Source: Fimbriimonadia bacterium | GTDB lineage: Bacteria > Armatimonadota > Fimbriimonadia > Fimbriimonadales > JABRVX01 | Reading direction: 5' to 3' | NCBI GenBank assembly: GCA_041483895.1 | Contig: JBGPGO010000003.1 | Location: forward strand, 192,001-256,000 | Length of the DNA: 64,000 nt | In this document: piece after piece, positions 9,628 through 19,665 of the stretch | Position numbering within the stretch: position 1 is the first letter of the stretch | Layout of the letters: every line of letters begins with the position of its first letter | Notes under the pieces: generated by a model | Told to the model about the DNA's origin: nothing | Database searches by the model: none | Seen by the model: the letters and a program-made list of their open reading frames with translations, nothing else | Made by a program: the position numbers and the translations under genes

Positions 9628-10506
9628 TTACCGTGCGCCTCCCGCACCGAACTTGAGCGCCAGGATGCAGCTGGCCATCCACAGCACAACCGTCAACCCT
9701 ATATGAATATCGGTAAAAAGGATTCTATCCGGGGAGCCGCTCTCTTGGTTCGAATAAATGTGATATAGGTACCTAAGTACTCCATACAGGACGAACGGGA
9801 TAGTGAACATGAGGTAGGGATTGTTGCGGCCGGTGCTGGAATCGATGGTATAGAGAGCATAGGATAGGACGGACGACGTGGCGCTGAGCCCCACCGCCTG
9901 GTCCAGGAGACCTGTGGTGTAGGCCGAAAGTGAGGGCCTGTGCGCGCTTGCGGCGCCCAACAGGTTCAATTCATGCCGCCGCTTTCCGAAGCCCAGGAAT
10001 AACGCCAACACCAGGGTGCAAAGGAAGAGCCACGGCGAAAATTGCACCCGCAGGACGACCGCTCCGGCAAGCGCCCGCAAGACGAAGCCGGTGGCGATAA
10101 GGAATACGTCCAGCAGCACCACGTTCTTCAGGCCAAGGGTGTACGCTGCCTGGAGCGCTATATAGGCAACTCCCACCACCCCAAACCGAAGCTCGATTTG
10201 AAAGGCAAAGACCAGGCATATGGATATCAAAATCGCGGCAAGAACAATCGCTGCCATGACAGGCAGATCGCCGGACGCGATGGGGCGTCTGCGTTTCTCG
10301 GGATGGGCTGCATCCCGTTCCTTGTCCATCACATCGTTGAGCAGATACACGCCGCTGGACAGGCCGCAAAACAGTCCGAATGCCAAGAACGATGTCCGAG
10401 TGGCCGCCGCATTGGTGAACTGTTGCCCGAAAACCAGGCCGCCGAATATGAGCAGGTTCTTGGCCCATTGGCGTGGCCGAAGAGCGATCAAAATGGCTAC
10501 CGGCAA
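9628..10506 (-). CDS. Decaprenyl/polyprenyl-phosphate phosphoribosyltransferase (UbiA family)
   Basis: LRPRQWAKN, YLLNDVMD..D..HPEKRRRPIASG, GKRRHEL. Confidence 0.85.
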   Translation of the reverse strand: MPVAILIALRPRQWAKNLLIFGGLVFGQQFTNAAATRTSFLAFGLFCGLSSGVYLLNDVMDKERDAAHPEKRRRPIASGDLPVMAAIVLAAILISICLVFAFQIELRFGVVGVAYIALQAAYTLGLKNVVLLDVFLIATGFVLRALAGAVVLRVQFSPWLFLCTLVLALFLGFGKRRHELNLLGAASAHRPSLSAYTTGLLDQAVGLSATSSVLSYALYTIDSSTGRNNPYLMFTIPFVLYGVLRYLYHIYSNQESGSPDRILFTDIHIGLTVVLWMASCILALKFGAGGAR

Positions 10507-10553
10507 TGGCCTCCTCCCTGTCGTCGAGAGGGGCTGATCGGTTGTTGTTGCGC

Positions 10554-11492
10554 TCAGGACGTCACCACCGGATGCCTGGCCGATTCCGCTGCCATGTCCG
10601 CAAGGCCCTTCGCGAAATCAACTTTCGCCTGGAACGGCAGTAGTTCGGCGGCAAGACGCACGTCGGCGGCGCTCAGGCGAATATCGCCGGGCCGCTCAGA
10701 TTGAAACTGCGGTTCGATGTTGATTCCGAGGGCGTTGTTGAGGCCCGTGATCAGCTCGAGCAGATCGTGCGTATGTCCGGATGCGACGTTGATCGATCGG
10801 TCGCACAAATCGGGCCGATGGGCGGCGGTGACAAATGCCGTGACCACATCGGAGACATGGATAAAGTCCCGGCGCTGCTTGCCGTCGCCGTACACGATGG
10901 GTGGCAACCCGGCGACCATTCGGGACAGGAAGATCGGAACCACCGCCGCATACGTCGAGTCATGTCGCTGCCCTGGCCCAAACACGTTGAAAAGGCGCAG
11001 AGACAGGACCGGCAGCCCGAATTCCCTCGAGTACAGGCCGGCCAGCCGTTCCGTTTCTAATTTGGAAAAACCATAGGGCGAGAGCGGTGCCGTCGGGTCC
11101 GTTTCCGAAACCGGCTTGCCGTCGGTTTGCCCATATACGGCGGCGGAACTGGCCAGCACGCAGCACTTGACTCCATGCAGCCGGGCCTCTTCAAGGACAT
11201 TGAGGGTGCCCATCACGTTGACGGAATAGGTGTACCGTGGATTCTTCATCGAATTCGGTACGGAGATGTCCGCGGCAAGATGAATGACGCGATCGACGCC
11301 CGGCATTGCCTTTCTGACATCCAGCTCATCGCGAACATCCCCATATATGAAGTCCGTGCCGATGCACACCTGGTCCCGATGTCCCGTGCTCAGATTGTCA
11401 AGAATCCGGACCTCCGCCCCGGCAGCCAGCAAATGGGAACAGATATGCGGGCCAATAAAGCCTGCCCCACCGGTGACGAGAAGCCGTTCCAC
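10554..11492 (-). CDS. NAD-dependent nucleotide-sugar epimerase/dehydratase
   Basis: TGGAGFIG, SSAAVYG, YGFSK (YxxxK), RLFNVFGP. Confidence 0.9.
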   Translation of the reverse strand: MERLLVTGGAGFIGPHICSHLLAAGAEVRILDNLSTGHRDQVCIGTDFIYGDVRDELDVRKAMPGVDRVIHLAADISVPNSMKNPRYTYSVNVMGTLNVLEEARLHGVKCCVLASSAAVYGQTDGKPVSETDPTAPLSPYGFSKLETERLAGLYSREFGLPVLSLRLFNVFGPGQRHDSTYAAVVPIFLSRMVAGLPPIVYGDGKQRRDFIHVSDVVTAFVTAAHRPDLCDRSINVASGHTHDLLELITGLNNALGINIEPQFQSERPGDIRLSAADVRLAAELLPFQAKVDFAKGLADMAAESARHPVVTS

Positions 11493-12176
11493 CTAGTAGG
11501 CGCCCGAGCCTTTCATTACGGCCGGGATTGTGAGCAGCAAAATCTTAAGGTCCAGCCAAAAAGACATGTGCTCAATGTAAAAACGGTCCATCTCCACCCA
11601 ATCCTTGAACGAAACGTCGCTTCGCCCGCAGACCTGCCACAGACAGCTGATTCCCGGCGTCACGCAGAGCCGCTCGAAGCTGATATCGTCGTACTTTTCG
11701 ACCTCCCTGGGCAAAGGCGGCCTGGGACCAACGAGGCTCATGTCGCCTCGCAGGACATTGATCAGTTGGGGAAGCTCATCGAGGCTGTATTTTCGCAGAA
11801 ACTTCCCGACCGGCGTCACGCGCGGATCGTCTCTGATTTTGAAGATCGGACCGTCCTTCTCGTTCTTCGATACCAGTTCGTTCAGCCGCTGTTCCGCATC
11901 CATGTACATCGACCGAAATTTGAGGAATTCGAACGTCCTGCCGCGCAACCCGACGCGCCTTTGGCGAAAGACTACGGGCCCGGGAGATGTCAACCTTACA
12001 CAGATGGCAATCGTCAGCATCACCGGGAACAGAGCCACGAGCAAGAAGCCGGATCCCACGATATCCAATAGCCGCTTGAATATCGAATACCGTACATTGC
12101 GCTCCGGGATCCGCCGCTCCAAGATCGAAATGGTCTCGACGGCGGCCCCCGACTTGTCGTACCTCATGCCACTCAC
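11493..12176 (-). CDS. Priming polyprenyl-phosphate sugar-1-phosphate transferase
   Basis: KRLLD, KFRSM, DDPRVT..GKFLRKYSLDELPQL, MSLVGPRP. Confidence 0.92.
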   Translation of the reverse strand: MSGMRYDKSGAAVETISILERRIPERNVRYSIFKRLLDIVGSGFLLVALFPVMLTIAICVRLTSPGPVVFRQRRVGLRGRTFEFLKFRSMYMDAEQRLNELVSKNEKDGPIFKIRDDPRVTPVGKFLRKYSLDELPQLINVLRGDMSLVGPRPPLPREVEKYDDISFERLCVTPGISCLWQVCGRSDVSFKDWVEMDRFYIEHMSFWLDLKILLLTIPAVMKGSGAY

Positions 12177-12233
12177 CGACTGGACGCTCTCCTTCTTCCT
12201 GGTTCATCCAGGGGTCAAACCAGCAGATTGAGT

Positions 12234-14468
12234 CTATGCTTCGTCGTCATCGTCTTCTATCGTTGGCCGCGGCATGGGCTTCGGCTTCGGTCTGCCAAAC
12301 TTCTTGCGTTCGGCGCCGTTGTCCAGCGTACTTGCTCGCGATACGCTGGCGCCGGCCAGCTCGCGACCGAGCAGGGAGGCCTCGTACGCGCGCTTGTAGC
12401 TGATGTATCCGTGGCAGTCCTCGGGTCGAACCTTGTTTAGCGCCACGCCGACGATGTTGACCCCGAGGCGCTCGAGACGCCTATGGAAGTCCATCTCCGC
12501 CGCGGTTGCCGGCGACCCTGCCTCATGCACCAGCAGGACATTCTGAACCCCGCCGGCGATGACATCCGCGTCAGCGAACGTCGATCCGGACGGACTGTCG
12601 AAGATGATGAAATCCGTGGCCTTGGAGACCTGCTCGATGAACCGCTCAAAATTTTCATCCCGAAGCAGTCTGACCGGGTTGCTCGGCGGCTTGCCGGCGG
12701 TGACGATGAGGAGCCGGTCCACCGGGGTCGGCATGGCAACATCCTCGATGTTGGCGGTGCCGGAAAGGATATCGACGAGTCCGGCGCGATTCTCAACATC
12801 GAAGTGCCGGTGCAGCGATGGCTCACGAAGGTCCGCGTCGACCAGCACCACGCGCGCCCCGTCGCGTGCCAGGGCGACCGCCAAATTCGCGGCAACCGAG
12901 CTGCGGCCGGAGTTCGGTTCGGCGCTTGCGACAACCAGCGACGGTCCTTGCATTCTCCCCCGCGTCTCCATCAAGTTTGTGGACAGGATCTGGAACGCGA
13001 CGGAAAGCGGGGATGGGCTGTCAATCGTTTTGGGCAGCTCGGCCTGGCGAGTTCGGGGCAGGGACGCGATGACCGGGAAGCCGAGGGCGTTCTCGGCCTG
13101 GCTCGGATTGTAGGCGCCGGCATCGAACTGGCCGAGGATCAGCACGAGGCCAACCGACAACGCAAAGCTCAATCCGAAGGCAAGCGCCACTTTGATCCAT
13201 GTCTTTTTCAGGATGATCGGCGCGAATGGGCTGTCCACCATCGTGATGTTTAGCTGCGTTGACTTGGCCTGCTTGATTTTCGCTTCCGTCAATCGGGTGT
13301 TCAGTAGATCGATGTCGTTGCTGCGCGCCCTGAATTCCGTTTCCAGAACAGACAATTCTTTTTCTTTTGACGGAATTTCATCCAACTTCTGATCAATGTC
13401 AGTGATCTGCTCGTTGCACTTCAAGATTGTTGCGGAGGCCATCGCGTTCTGTGCAACGGCTCTGTCAACGCTTTCCTGCGCTGTCATGCGTTGCGGATTT
13501 CGCTGTGTGGATTCGCCGATCTGCTTCATCACGTCTCCGGCTTTCTCGATCACAGCCATTTGTTTGATGATTGCTTGGAGTTGCTTGCTGCGCTCCTTCA
13601 TCTTTGGGTGATTGGGACCCAGCGTCTGGGAATCGGCTACCAATTGCGCTTCGAAGCTGGCGCGCGACAACTGGAGCTGTGCGTAGACCGGATTCAGCTG
13701 GGTGTTCTCCGCAGCAATAATCATCGGTTTATTCTTCTGCGCGATGAACTGTGACGTGTACACCTGAAGCCCTCTTTGGCCCATGATCAGATTTCTTTGC
13801 GCTTCGTTCCGCCGCGTCATCAATTCCGACTTCATCCCCACGAGATTGCTTGTTTCCGCTTGCAGAGAGACCGCCTTATTGGCCTTTTTATACGAGGTGA
13901 GATCATCGACCGCTTGCACAAATTGGGTTTTCGAGTCCTCAAGCTGCTTCTGGATGAACTCTGTTTCCTGGCTGCTTTGTTGGCTGTTCAGAGCAATGTA
14001 GTGCTCGCGGAAGTTCTCATAGAGACGCTGAATTCCTTTCAAAGCCTCTTTTTGCGTATCGGCGCGGAAGTGGACGCGAATGTGCTCAGAGCCACGGACC
14101 GGCTCAATTTCCACACGGTTCTTGAACTCTTCCCGTATCGCTTCCGGGGACCCAGAGGACGGCTTCCATTCGCCGTAGTTGATCAAATCTCTTAGGGTCT
14201 TGTCGAAAACCGTGTAGCTGCCGATCGTCTGCATAAGGTTGTTGATGCGCGTTTCCGGATCCATGATCCGTTGCGACAAGTCCGGATAGATGCTTACCTT
14301 GGATTCCTCATTCAATCGAGTTTCCGTTACGGTCACAAAGCCGTCGTATTGCGGGGGAGCAAGGATCGACAGCAACGCCGTGATCAGGCAGATCGGCAAG
14401 ACGATCATTGCGATAATCCACCACCGGCGCCGGATTGGCGAGAGAAACTGAAATATTCCTGTTTGCAT
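12234..14468 (-). CDS. Wzc/GumC polysaccharide co-polymerase with BY-kinase domain
   Basis: Two TM helices flank a coiled coil; variant Walker A SAEPNSGRS, A' DADLR, B IIFDSP; Tyr-containing tail. Confidence 0.85.
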   Translation of the reverse strand: MQTGIFQFLSPIRRRWWIIAMIVLPICLITALLSILAPPQYDGFVTVTETRLNEESKVSIYPDLSQRIMDPETRINNLMQTIGSYTVFDKTLRDLINYGEWKPSSGSPEAIREEFKNRVEIEPVRGSEHIRVHFRADTQKEALKGIQRLYENFREHYIALNSQQSSQETEFIQKQLEDSKTQFVQAVDDLTSYKKANKAVSLQAETSNLVGMKSELMTRRNEAQRNLIMGQRGLQVYTSQFIAQKNKPMIIAAENTQLNPVYAQLQLSRASFEAQLVADSQTLGPNHPKMKERSKQLQAIIKQMAVIEKAGDVMKQIGESTQRNPQRMTAQESVDRAVAQNAMASATILKCNEQITDIDQKLDEIPSKEKELSVLETEFRARSNDIDLLNTRLTEAKIKQAKSTQLNITMVDSPFAPIILKKTWIKVALAFGLSFALSVGLVLILGQFDAGAYNPSQAENALGFPVIASLPRTRQAELPKTIDSPSPLSVAFQILSTNLMETRGRMQGPSLVVASAEPNSGRSSVAANLAVALARDGARVVLVDADLREPSLHRHFDVENRAGLVDILSGTANIEDVAMPTPVDRLLIVTAGKPPSNPVRLLRDENFERFIEQVSKATDFIIFDSPSGSTFADADVIAGGVQNVLLVHEAGSPATAAEMDFHRRLERLGVNIVGVALNKVRPEDCHGYISYKRAYEASLLGRELAGASVSRASTLDNGAERKKFGRPKPKPMPRPTIEDDDDEA

Positions 14469-14490
14469 CGTACTGCTCCCTGCGATAAGT

Positions 14491-15450
14491 CTAGCGAAGT
14501 GCGTTCGTCAAAGCGTCGAATGGGTTGGCCCGCAATAATACTGTAGTAATGTACAGCGTATCCATCATGTTCTTGAACCGAGTCGTATCGAGATTGTTCG
14601 TCTTCGGAACCAATACGAAGTCCTGTCGCTCCAAAACAATATCCTTATTCGGATTCTGCAGTGCCTCAAAGTAGTTGACCTTCATCTTCGTCTGCTTTGC
14701 CGGATTGTACGGGTCCGTTCGGAAAATCGTAACCTTGGTCAATTGTCCGCGTTCAAAAGTACCGCCCTTGGCGTTGGCAATCGCTTCCGTCATACGCATG
14801 CCTTCACGAAAGCCCTGTGGACCTGGACTGTTGACTTCGCCCGCGACCGTGATGTAGCCCTTTTCGTCTCTGGGGACGATGAGCTGATCCCCGTCCTTGA
14901 GCAAGTAATTCTGATCGTCTCGACCCTCTTGAATGAGCGTGCGCAGATCGATCGGCACCTGTTCGGGGCTGTCCTTGCGCTGGAATATCGCGCCGCGCAT
15001 ATCGGCAACTCCGGCGACCGGGCCGCCGGCAAGTCCGATAAGATCTCGCAGCCGCTGCCCGGGTCGGAATTCATATTGATTGGGCGCCCGCATGGTTTCT
15101 TGGCCAATGACCGTGGCGCGGGGTTTTCGGAAATTCACCACCGTGATATTGACTGTCGGTTCGACGAGTATGCCGGCCGCCACCAGACGCTGCTCGATCT
15201 CTTCTTTGATTTCAGCGACCGTTCGGTTCTTGATTTTAACCTGGCCGATGTACGGATAGCTCATAAATCCGTCCGTGCCCACCGTCGCCTGCATGTTGCG
15301 TTCGGTCTCTTCAGCCAACGTAATAAATATTACGTCCTCTTCCTGCAAACGGTAATCCGGGGCGGGAGCGACACCAGACGGCGTCGGATTCTGGGCAAGC
15401 GCTGTGGACAACACTCCCAACAAACTTACAAAAATGGTCAGAATGCGCAT
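14491..15450 (-). CDS. Polysaccharide export protein (Wza/Poly_export + SLBB domains)
   Basis: Signal peptide, DYRLQEED, DGFMSYPYIG, GEVNSPG; SD GGAGG upstream of ATG 15450. Confidence 0.85.
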   Translation of the reverse strand: MRILTIFVSLLGVLSTALAQNPTPSGVAPAPDYRLQEEDVIFITLAEETERNMQATVGTDGFMSYPYIGQVKIKNRTVAEIKEEIEQRLVAAGILVEPTVNITVVNFRKPRATVIGQETMRAPNQYEFRPGQRLRDLIGLAGGPVAGVADMRGAIFQRKDSPEQVPIDLRTLIQEGRDDQNYLLKDGDQLIVPRDEKGYITVAGEVNSPGPQGFREGMRMTEAIANAKGGTFERGQLTKVTIFRTDPYNPAKQTKMKVNYFEALQNPNKDIVLERQDFVLVPKTNNLDTTRFKNMMDTLYITTVLLRANPFDALTNALR

Positions 15451-15682
15451 TAAAAAACCTCCATCCGAGTCCTGTTCCACCTGCTTCGGTTGGCTACCCC
15501 GTTGAATTTTCGGGTACGACGCCAGTTCGCCACAGGTGAATGCAGTTCAATACGGAACACAGTTCGCTATCATCACCCTTAAGCAACCGATTGTATCTAC
15601 TTTTTTTTATTTCCCAGGCATTTTCATGCCTTGTTGTGTGAAAAAGTTGCAATTGCCCTCGCACAGTTACGGGGTTCTGCCA

Positions 15683-15973
15683 TTAATTCGGGGTCAGCTT
15701 GCAACAGCCGGGACCGCATGCCTCGGGTTCCGCCTTCGGCTCCGACTTGGGAGCTTCTGCCTGCTCGGTCTTCGGGGCGTCCGTTTGGCCGCCGCTTCCG
15801 GCATAGTCATTGATATGGAATCCGCTCCCTTTGAAAGCGATGCCGACCGGGAATATCAGCTTGGACACCGGCCCGCCGCACTTCTCGCACTTCTTGATTG
15901 GGGGCGCGGTGAAGCTCTGGACGACTTCGAACTGATGTCCACATTTCTTACATTGGTAGCCGTAGGTTGGCAT
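15683..15973 (-). CDS. FmdB-family zinc-ribbon protein
   Basis: MPTYGYQCKKCG...CEKCGG...FKGSGFHINDY. Confidence 0.9.
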   Translation of the reverse strand: MPTYGYQCKKCGHQFEVVQSFTAPPIKKCEKCGGPVSKLIFPVGIAFKGSGFHINDYAGSGGQTDAPKTEQAEAPKSEPKAEPEACGPGCCKLTPN

Positions 15974-15980
15974 TCTGCAG

Positions 15981-16748
15981 TCAAACTCCTTTGGTCGAAC
16001 TAGGCTCGCGCAGCACCTTCATCACGAAAATCGGCAGCGCGGCCACCTTCTTAAACTTTCTCGGATTGAGGGCCAGTCGCCAGGCCCACTCCATTCTCAA
16101 TTTCTGCACAAAGCGCGGGGCTCTCCGGGCGACGCCGGCGAATACGTCGAGCGTACCACCGACTCCCATCGATACGGGAACCCGCAAATTTCGCATGTTC
16201 CGGGCGATCCACTGTTCCTGCTTCGGCATCCCCATCGCGACCAACAGCACATCGGGTTCCGCGGCTCTAATTCGATTGAGTATCTCCGGTTCGCCGGTTT
16301 CGTCGAAAAAGCCGTTGTCCGTCCCCACGATATGGCAGCCCGGATACTTGGCTTCCAGATGCCGGGACGCCCGGACCGCAATCCCCGGTCCCCCGCCCAA
16401 AAGGTATATGCGGTATCCAGATTCTACGCTGCGGCGGCACAATTCATCAGCAATATCACATCCGGAGACCCGATCGGCCAGGTGCGCCCCCTTGCGCCGA
16501 AGCGCCCATACCACGCCGGTGCTGTCAGGAGTTACGAGGTCGGCGCGATTCAAAAGGTCCCGCCATGCCGGATCGTCCGTCGCCATGACCAGGCCGCTGG
16601 CATCGGCGGTAATGATTAGGCGGGGAATTCGCTCTTTGATGAACTGATCCAGGATGTTCAGCGTCTCGGTCATGGAAACCAGGTGCACAGTGCAGCCGAG
16701 TACGCTGGCGGAAGGGATCGAATTCTTAGCGAGTTCGAGCGACGTCAC
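15981..16748 (-). CDS. WecB/TagA/CpsF (GT26) glycosyltransferase
   Basis: DLVTPDSTG, RVSGCD, VAMGMPKQE, GVGGTLD, RAPRFVQKLRMEW. Confidence 0.9.
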   Translation of the reverse strand: MTSLELAKNSIPSASVLGCTVHLVSMTETLNILDQFIKERIPRLIITADASGLVMATDDPAWRDLLNRADLVTPDSTGVVWALRRKGAHLADRVSGCDIADELCRRSVESGYRIYLLGGGPGIAVRASRHLEAKYPGCHIVGTDNGFFDETGEPEILNRIRAAEPDVLLVAMGMPKQEQWIARNMRNLRVPVSMGVGGTLDVFAGVARRAPRFVQKLRMEWAWRLALNPRKFKKVAALPIFVMKVLREPSSTKGV

Positions 16749-19206
16749 GATGGGCCGATTCTACCTGCCGGAGTATCGCGGGTTTCGGCTGGACCTTGCG
16801 CTGCCGGGCCGACTGGCACGGTCCAATTGCCAATTCCAGCACCTCGTCGGCGCTCGTGACATAGTGCACCGTTACGGCTTTGCGGACCTCTTCCGGCACT
16901 TCCTCTTCGATATCCTTTTGGTTTCGCTTTGGGATGATCAGCGTTCGGACGCCGCCGCGATAGGCGGCAAGCACCTTATCTTTGACGCCGCCGACCGGAA
17001 GCACCTGTCCCTTCAGGGTGATTTCGCCGGTCATCGCCAGTCGGGGCGGGATCGATTTCGCGCAGGCGAGGCTGGCGATGGCCGTAAGCATAGCGATGCC
17101 TGCGCTGGGACCATCCTTGGGAATCGCCCCGGCAGGGACGTGCACATGGATATCTTTTCCTTCGAAGAATGACTGCTTGATTTCGTGTTTGTGACCCTCA
17201 GCCTTCAAATAGGTAAGCGCCGCTTGCACCGATTCCTGCATTACCGCTCCCAGTTGACCGGTCAGGATTAATCCCTTCGTGCCCGGAGTGGCGGAAGCTT
17301 CGATGAAGAGAATCTCGCCGCCGACTGGGGTCCACGCAAGGCCGATGGCGACGCCCGGCTCCAATTTCCTCTCCAACACCTCTTCGCGGAGAAAGTCCGG
17401 AGCGCCCAGCATGTCATGGACGGTCTGAGGGGTGATCGTAATTGGGCCTTCTTCGCCCTCCGCGAGCCGGCGGGTCGCTTTTCGGCAGATGGCGGCGATT
17501 TGGCGCTCCAGATTGCGGACCCCCGCCTCTCGCGTGTAGCCGGTTATCAGGGCCCTGATCGCTTGCGGCTGGAATTTCATGATCTTCCGACTGATACCGT
17601 GCTCGTCCAACTGTTTTGGGATCAGGTGGCGGCGGGCGATGTTTATCTTTTCCTCTTCTGTGTATCCGCTCAATTCGATGACTTCCATGCGGTCTCGCAG
17701 CGGGCTTGGGATCATTTCGATCATGTTCGCGGTTGTAATAAAGAATACACGGCCCAGATCGAAGTCCACGTCGAAGTAGTGATCTCGGAAGGTGTTGTTC
17801 TGTTCCGGATCGAGCACTTCCAGCAAGGCCGATGCCGGATCGCCGCGAAAATCCGCCCCAAGTTTGTCGATTTCGTCGAGAACGAAGACAGGGTTGTTGG
17901 AGCCGGCGCGACGAATTCCCTGCAATATCTGGCCCGGAAGCGCGCCGACATAGGTCCGCCGGTGGCCCCGTATCTCCGCCTCGTCCCGCATGCCGCCGAG
18001 GGAGATGCGAACGAACTTTCTGCCGAGCGCATGGCCGATCGAACGGGCGAGAGAGGTTTTACCGGTTCCCGGCGGGCCCGTGAACGCAAGGATCGGCTGG
18101 CGCACGGTCCCTTCTTTCTTGAACTTTCTCACGGCAAGGAACTCGATGATCCGTTCCTTGATCTTCTCCAGGCCATAGTGGTCCTTGTCCAAAATGCGCT
18201 TGACCCGCGCCATGTCCAGGTTGTCGATTGTCGCGGACGACCAAGGGAGAGCGACCATCCAATCGATGTAGGTTCTCGCCACGGAGTATTCCGGCGATCC
18301 GGGGGACATGCGCCGCAATCGATCCAGCTCCCGCCGGCACTCCTTTTCCGCTTCCTCGCTCATCTGGGCCTTCACGATGCTCTGCTCCAGCTCGTCCAGT
18401 TCCAGGCCCGTATCGTCCGTCTCACCCAGCTCGCGCTGAATCGCCCGTAGCTGCTCCCGGAGATAGTAGTCCCGTTGAGATTTGCTTAGCTCCGACGTGA
18501 CCTCGTTTTGGACCTTGCTGCTGAGCTCGAGCACCCGGACCTCGCGGCCCAAAGCGGCCATCAGCTCCCTCATGCGGGCGTTGATGGGAACCGTCTCCAA
18601 AATCTTCTGCTTCACTTCCACGGAGAACGGCATGTGCGCGGCGACCAGGTCCGTCATCACGTGCGGCTCCGGGACCTGGTGCGTCAGGGTCCTCAGCTCA
18701 TCGGGGAGGTTTTGGCTGTAGGAGATCGCACGGTCGAACAGGCTGCCGATGCCTCGCCGAAGGGCTTCGATTTCGATCTGCTCCTCGCCCTTGGGCATCT
18801 CCGGCTCATTCAGAATCTCGACCCGGGCGCGCAGGTACGGCTCCTCTTGAAGGGGCTCGACGATCTTGAAGCGGGACAGCCCCTGAACGATGAGGCGCAC
18901 CCCATCCGCCATTTTGACCATCGTTCGGATGATGACGGCGCAGCCGACGGTGTGGACATCGGCGAAGGTCGGCTTTTCCACCGCCGGATCGCGCTGGGCG
19001 ATGACCCCGATAATCCGCCGGTTGCCCAGAACGCTGTCGTCAACGAGTTGGATGGAATGGTCCCGTCCGACCGCCAGCGGCGCGATCAGCATTGGGAAGA
19101 CAACGGCATCGCGAAGGGGCAGCAGATTGAGCTCGGCCGGAATGTCCGGTCGAGGCTCGGTATCCGATATCTCCTCCACGATTTCATTGACGACGGGCAA
19201 TTCCAT
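16726..19206 (-). CDS. lon: ATP-dependent Lon protease
   Basis: LON N domain (LPLRDAVVFP), GPPGTGKT, LDEIDK, PKDGPSAG (catalytic Ser), GGVKDK. Confidence 0.97.
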   Translation of the reverse strand: MELPVVNEIVEEISDTEPRPDIPAELNLLPLRDAVVFPMLIAPLAVGRDHSIQLVDDSVLGNRRIIGVIAQRDPAVEKPTFADVHTVGCAVIIRTMVKMADGVRLIVQGLSRFKIVEPLQEEPYLRARVEILNEPEMPKGEEQIEIEALRRGIGSLFDRAISYSQNLPDELRTLTHQVPEPHVMTDLVAAHMPFSVEVKQKILETVPINARMRELMAALGREVRVLELSSKVQNEVTSELSKSQRDYYLREQLRAIQRELGETDDTGLELDELEQSIVKAQMSEEAEKECRRELDRLRRMSPGSPEYSVARTYIDWMVALPWSSATIDNLDMARVKRILDKDHYGLEKIKERIIEFLAVRKFKKEGTVRQPILAFTGPPGTGKTSLARSIGHALGRKFVRISLGGMRDEAEIRGHRRTYVGALPGQILQGIRRAGSNNPVFVLDEIDKLGADFRGDPASALLEVLDPEQNNTFRDHYFDVDFDLGRVFFITTANMIEMIPSPLRDRMEVIELSGYTEEEKINIARRHLIPKQLDEHGISRKIMKFQPQAIRALITGYTREAGVRNLERQIAAICRKATRRLAEGEEGPITITPQTVHDMLGAPDFLREEVLERKLEPGVAIGLAWTPVGGEILFIEASATPGTKGLILTGQLGAVMQESVQAALTYLKAEGHKHEIKQSFFEGKDIHVHVPAGAIPKDGPSAGIAMLTAIASLACAKSIPPRLAMTGEITLKGQVLPVGGVKDKVLAAYRGGVRTLIIPKRNQKDIEEEVPEEVRKAVTVHYVTSADEVLELAIGPCQSARQRKVQPKPAILRQVESAHRDVARTR

Positions 19207-19207
19207 C

Positions 19208-19663
19208 TTATCCCTCCACGATCGGGATGGTCCGCTGCACAACCTCTTGCTTGGATTTAGGAACGGCGATTCGCAGGATTCCGTTTCGGCACGTCGCGAC
19301 GATGCCTTCTGTGTCCAGGGGGACATCGGGCAATTGGACCTCCCGCAAGAAGTCGCCGTAATAGATCTCAAGCTGGTAGCACCGTATTCGGCAGTCGGCC
19401 TCCTGCTCCTGCTCGGCCCGGAATCCCCGTATGATAAGCGAATGCCGGTCCGGAGCGAAGGACAGGTTGATCGATTCGACATCGACCCCGGCGATTTCGG
19501 CAGTCACGATAATCGATTCTTCCGATTCCGAGACGTCGACGCGCGGTTCCCAGAAGCTCCGGGTCCGGATGGACGTTGGATTGACGCGCAGCAACTCCTC
19601 GGAAAGAGAGCGAAGCTCGGATCCCAACTGCCAAAACCATTCAATCTCTCGCCGATTTGGCAT
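19208..19663 (-). CDS. Hsp20/alpha-crystallin small heat-shock protein
   Basis: PRVDVSE, AEIAGV, EIYYGDFLREVQLP, NGILRIAVPK; directly upstream of lon. Confidence 0.9.
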   Translation of the reverse strand: MPNRREIEWFWQLGSELRSLSEELLRVNPTSIRTRSFWEPRVDVSESEESIIVTAEIAGVDVESINLSFAPDRHSLIIRGFRAEQEQEADCRIRCYQLEIYYGDFLREVQLPDVPLDTEGIVATCRNGILRIAVPKSKQEVVQRTIPIVEG

Positions 19664-19665
19664 GA

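Noticed and set aside
17416..18450. Long antisense or alternate-frame ORFs (e.g. 17416-18450, 6917-8077, 21796-22854, 53609-54670)
   Set aside because: They are shadow ORFs opposite well-supported genes in high-GC DNA and have no motifs.
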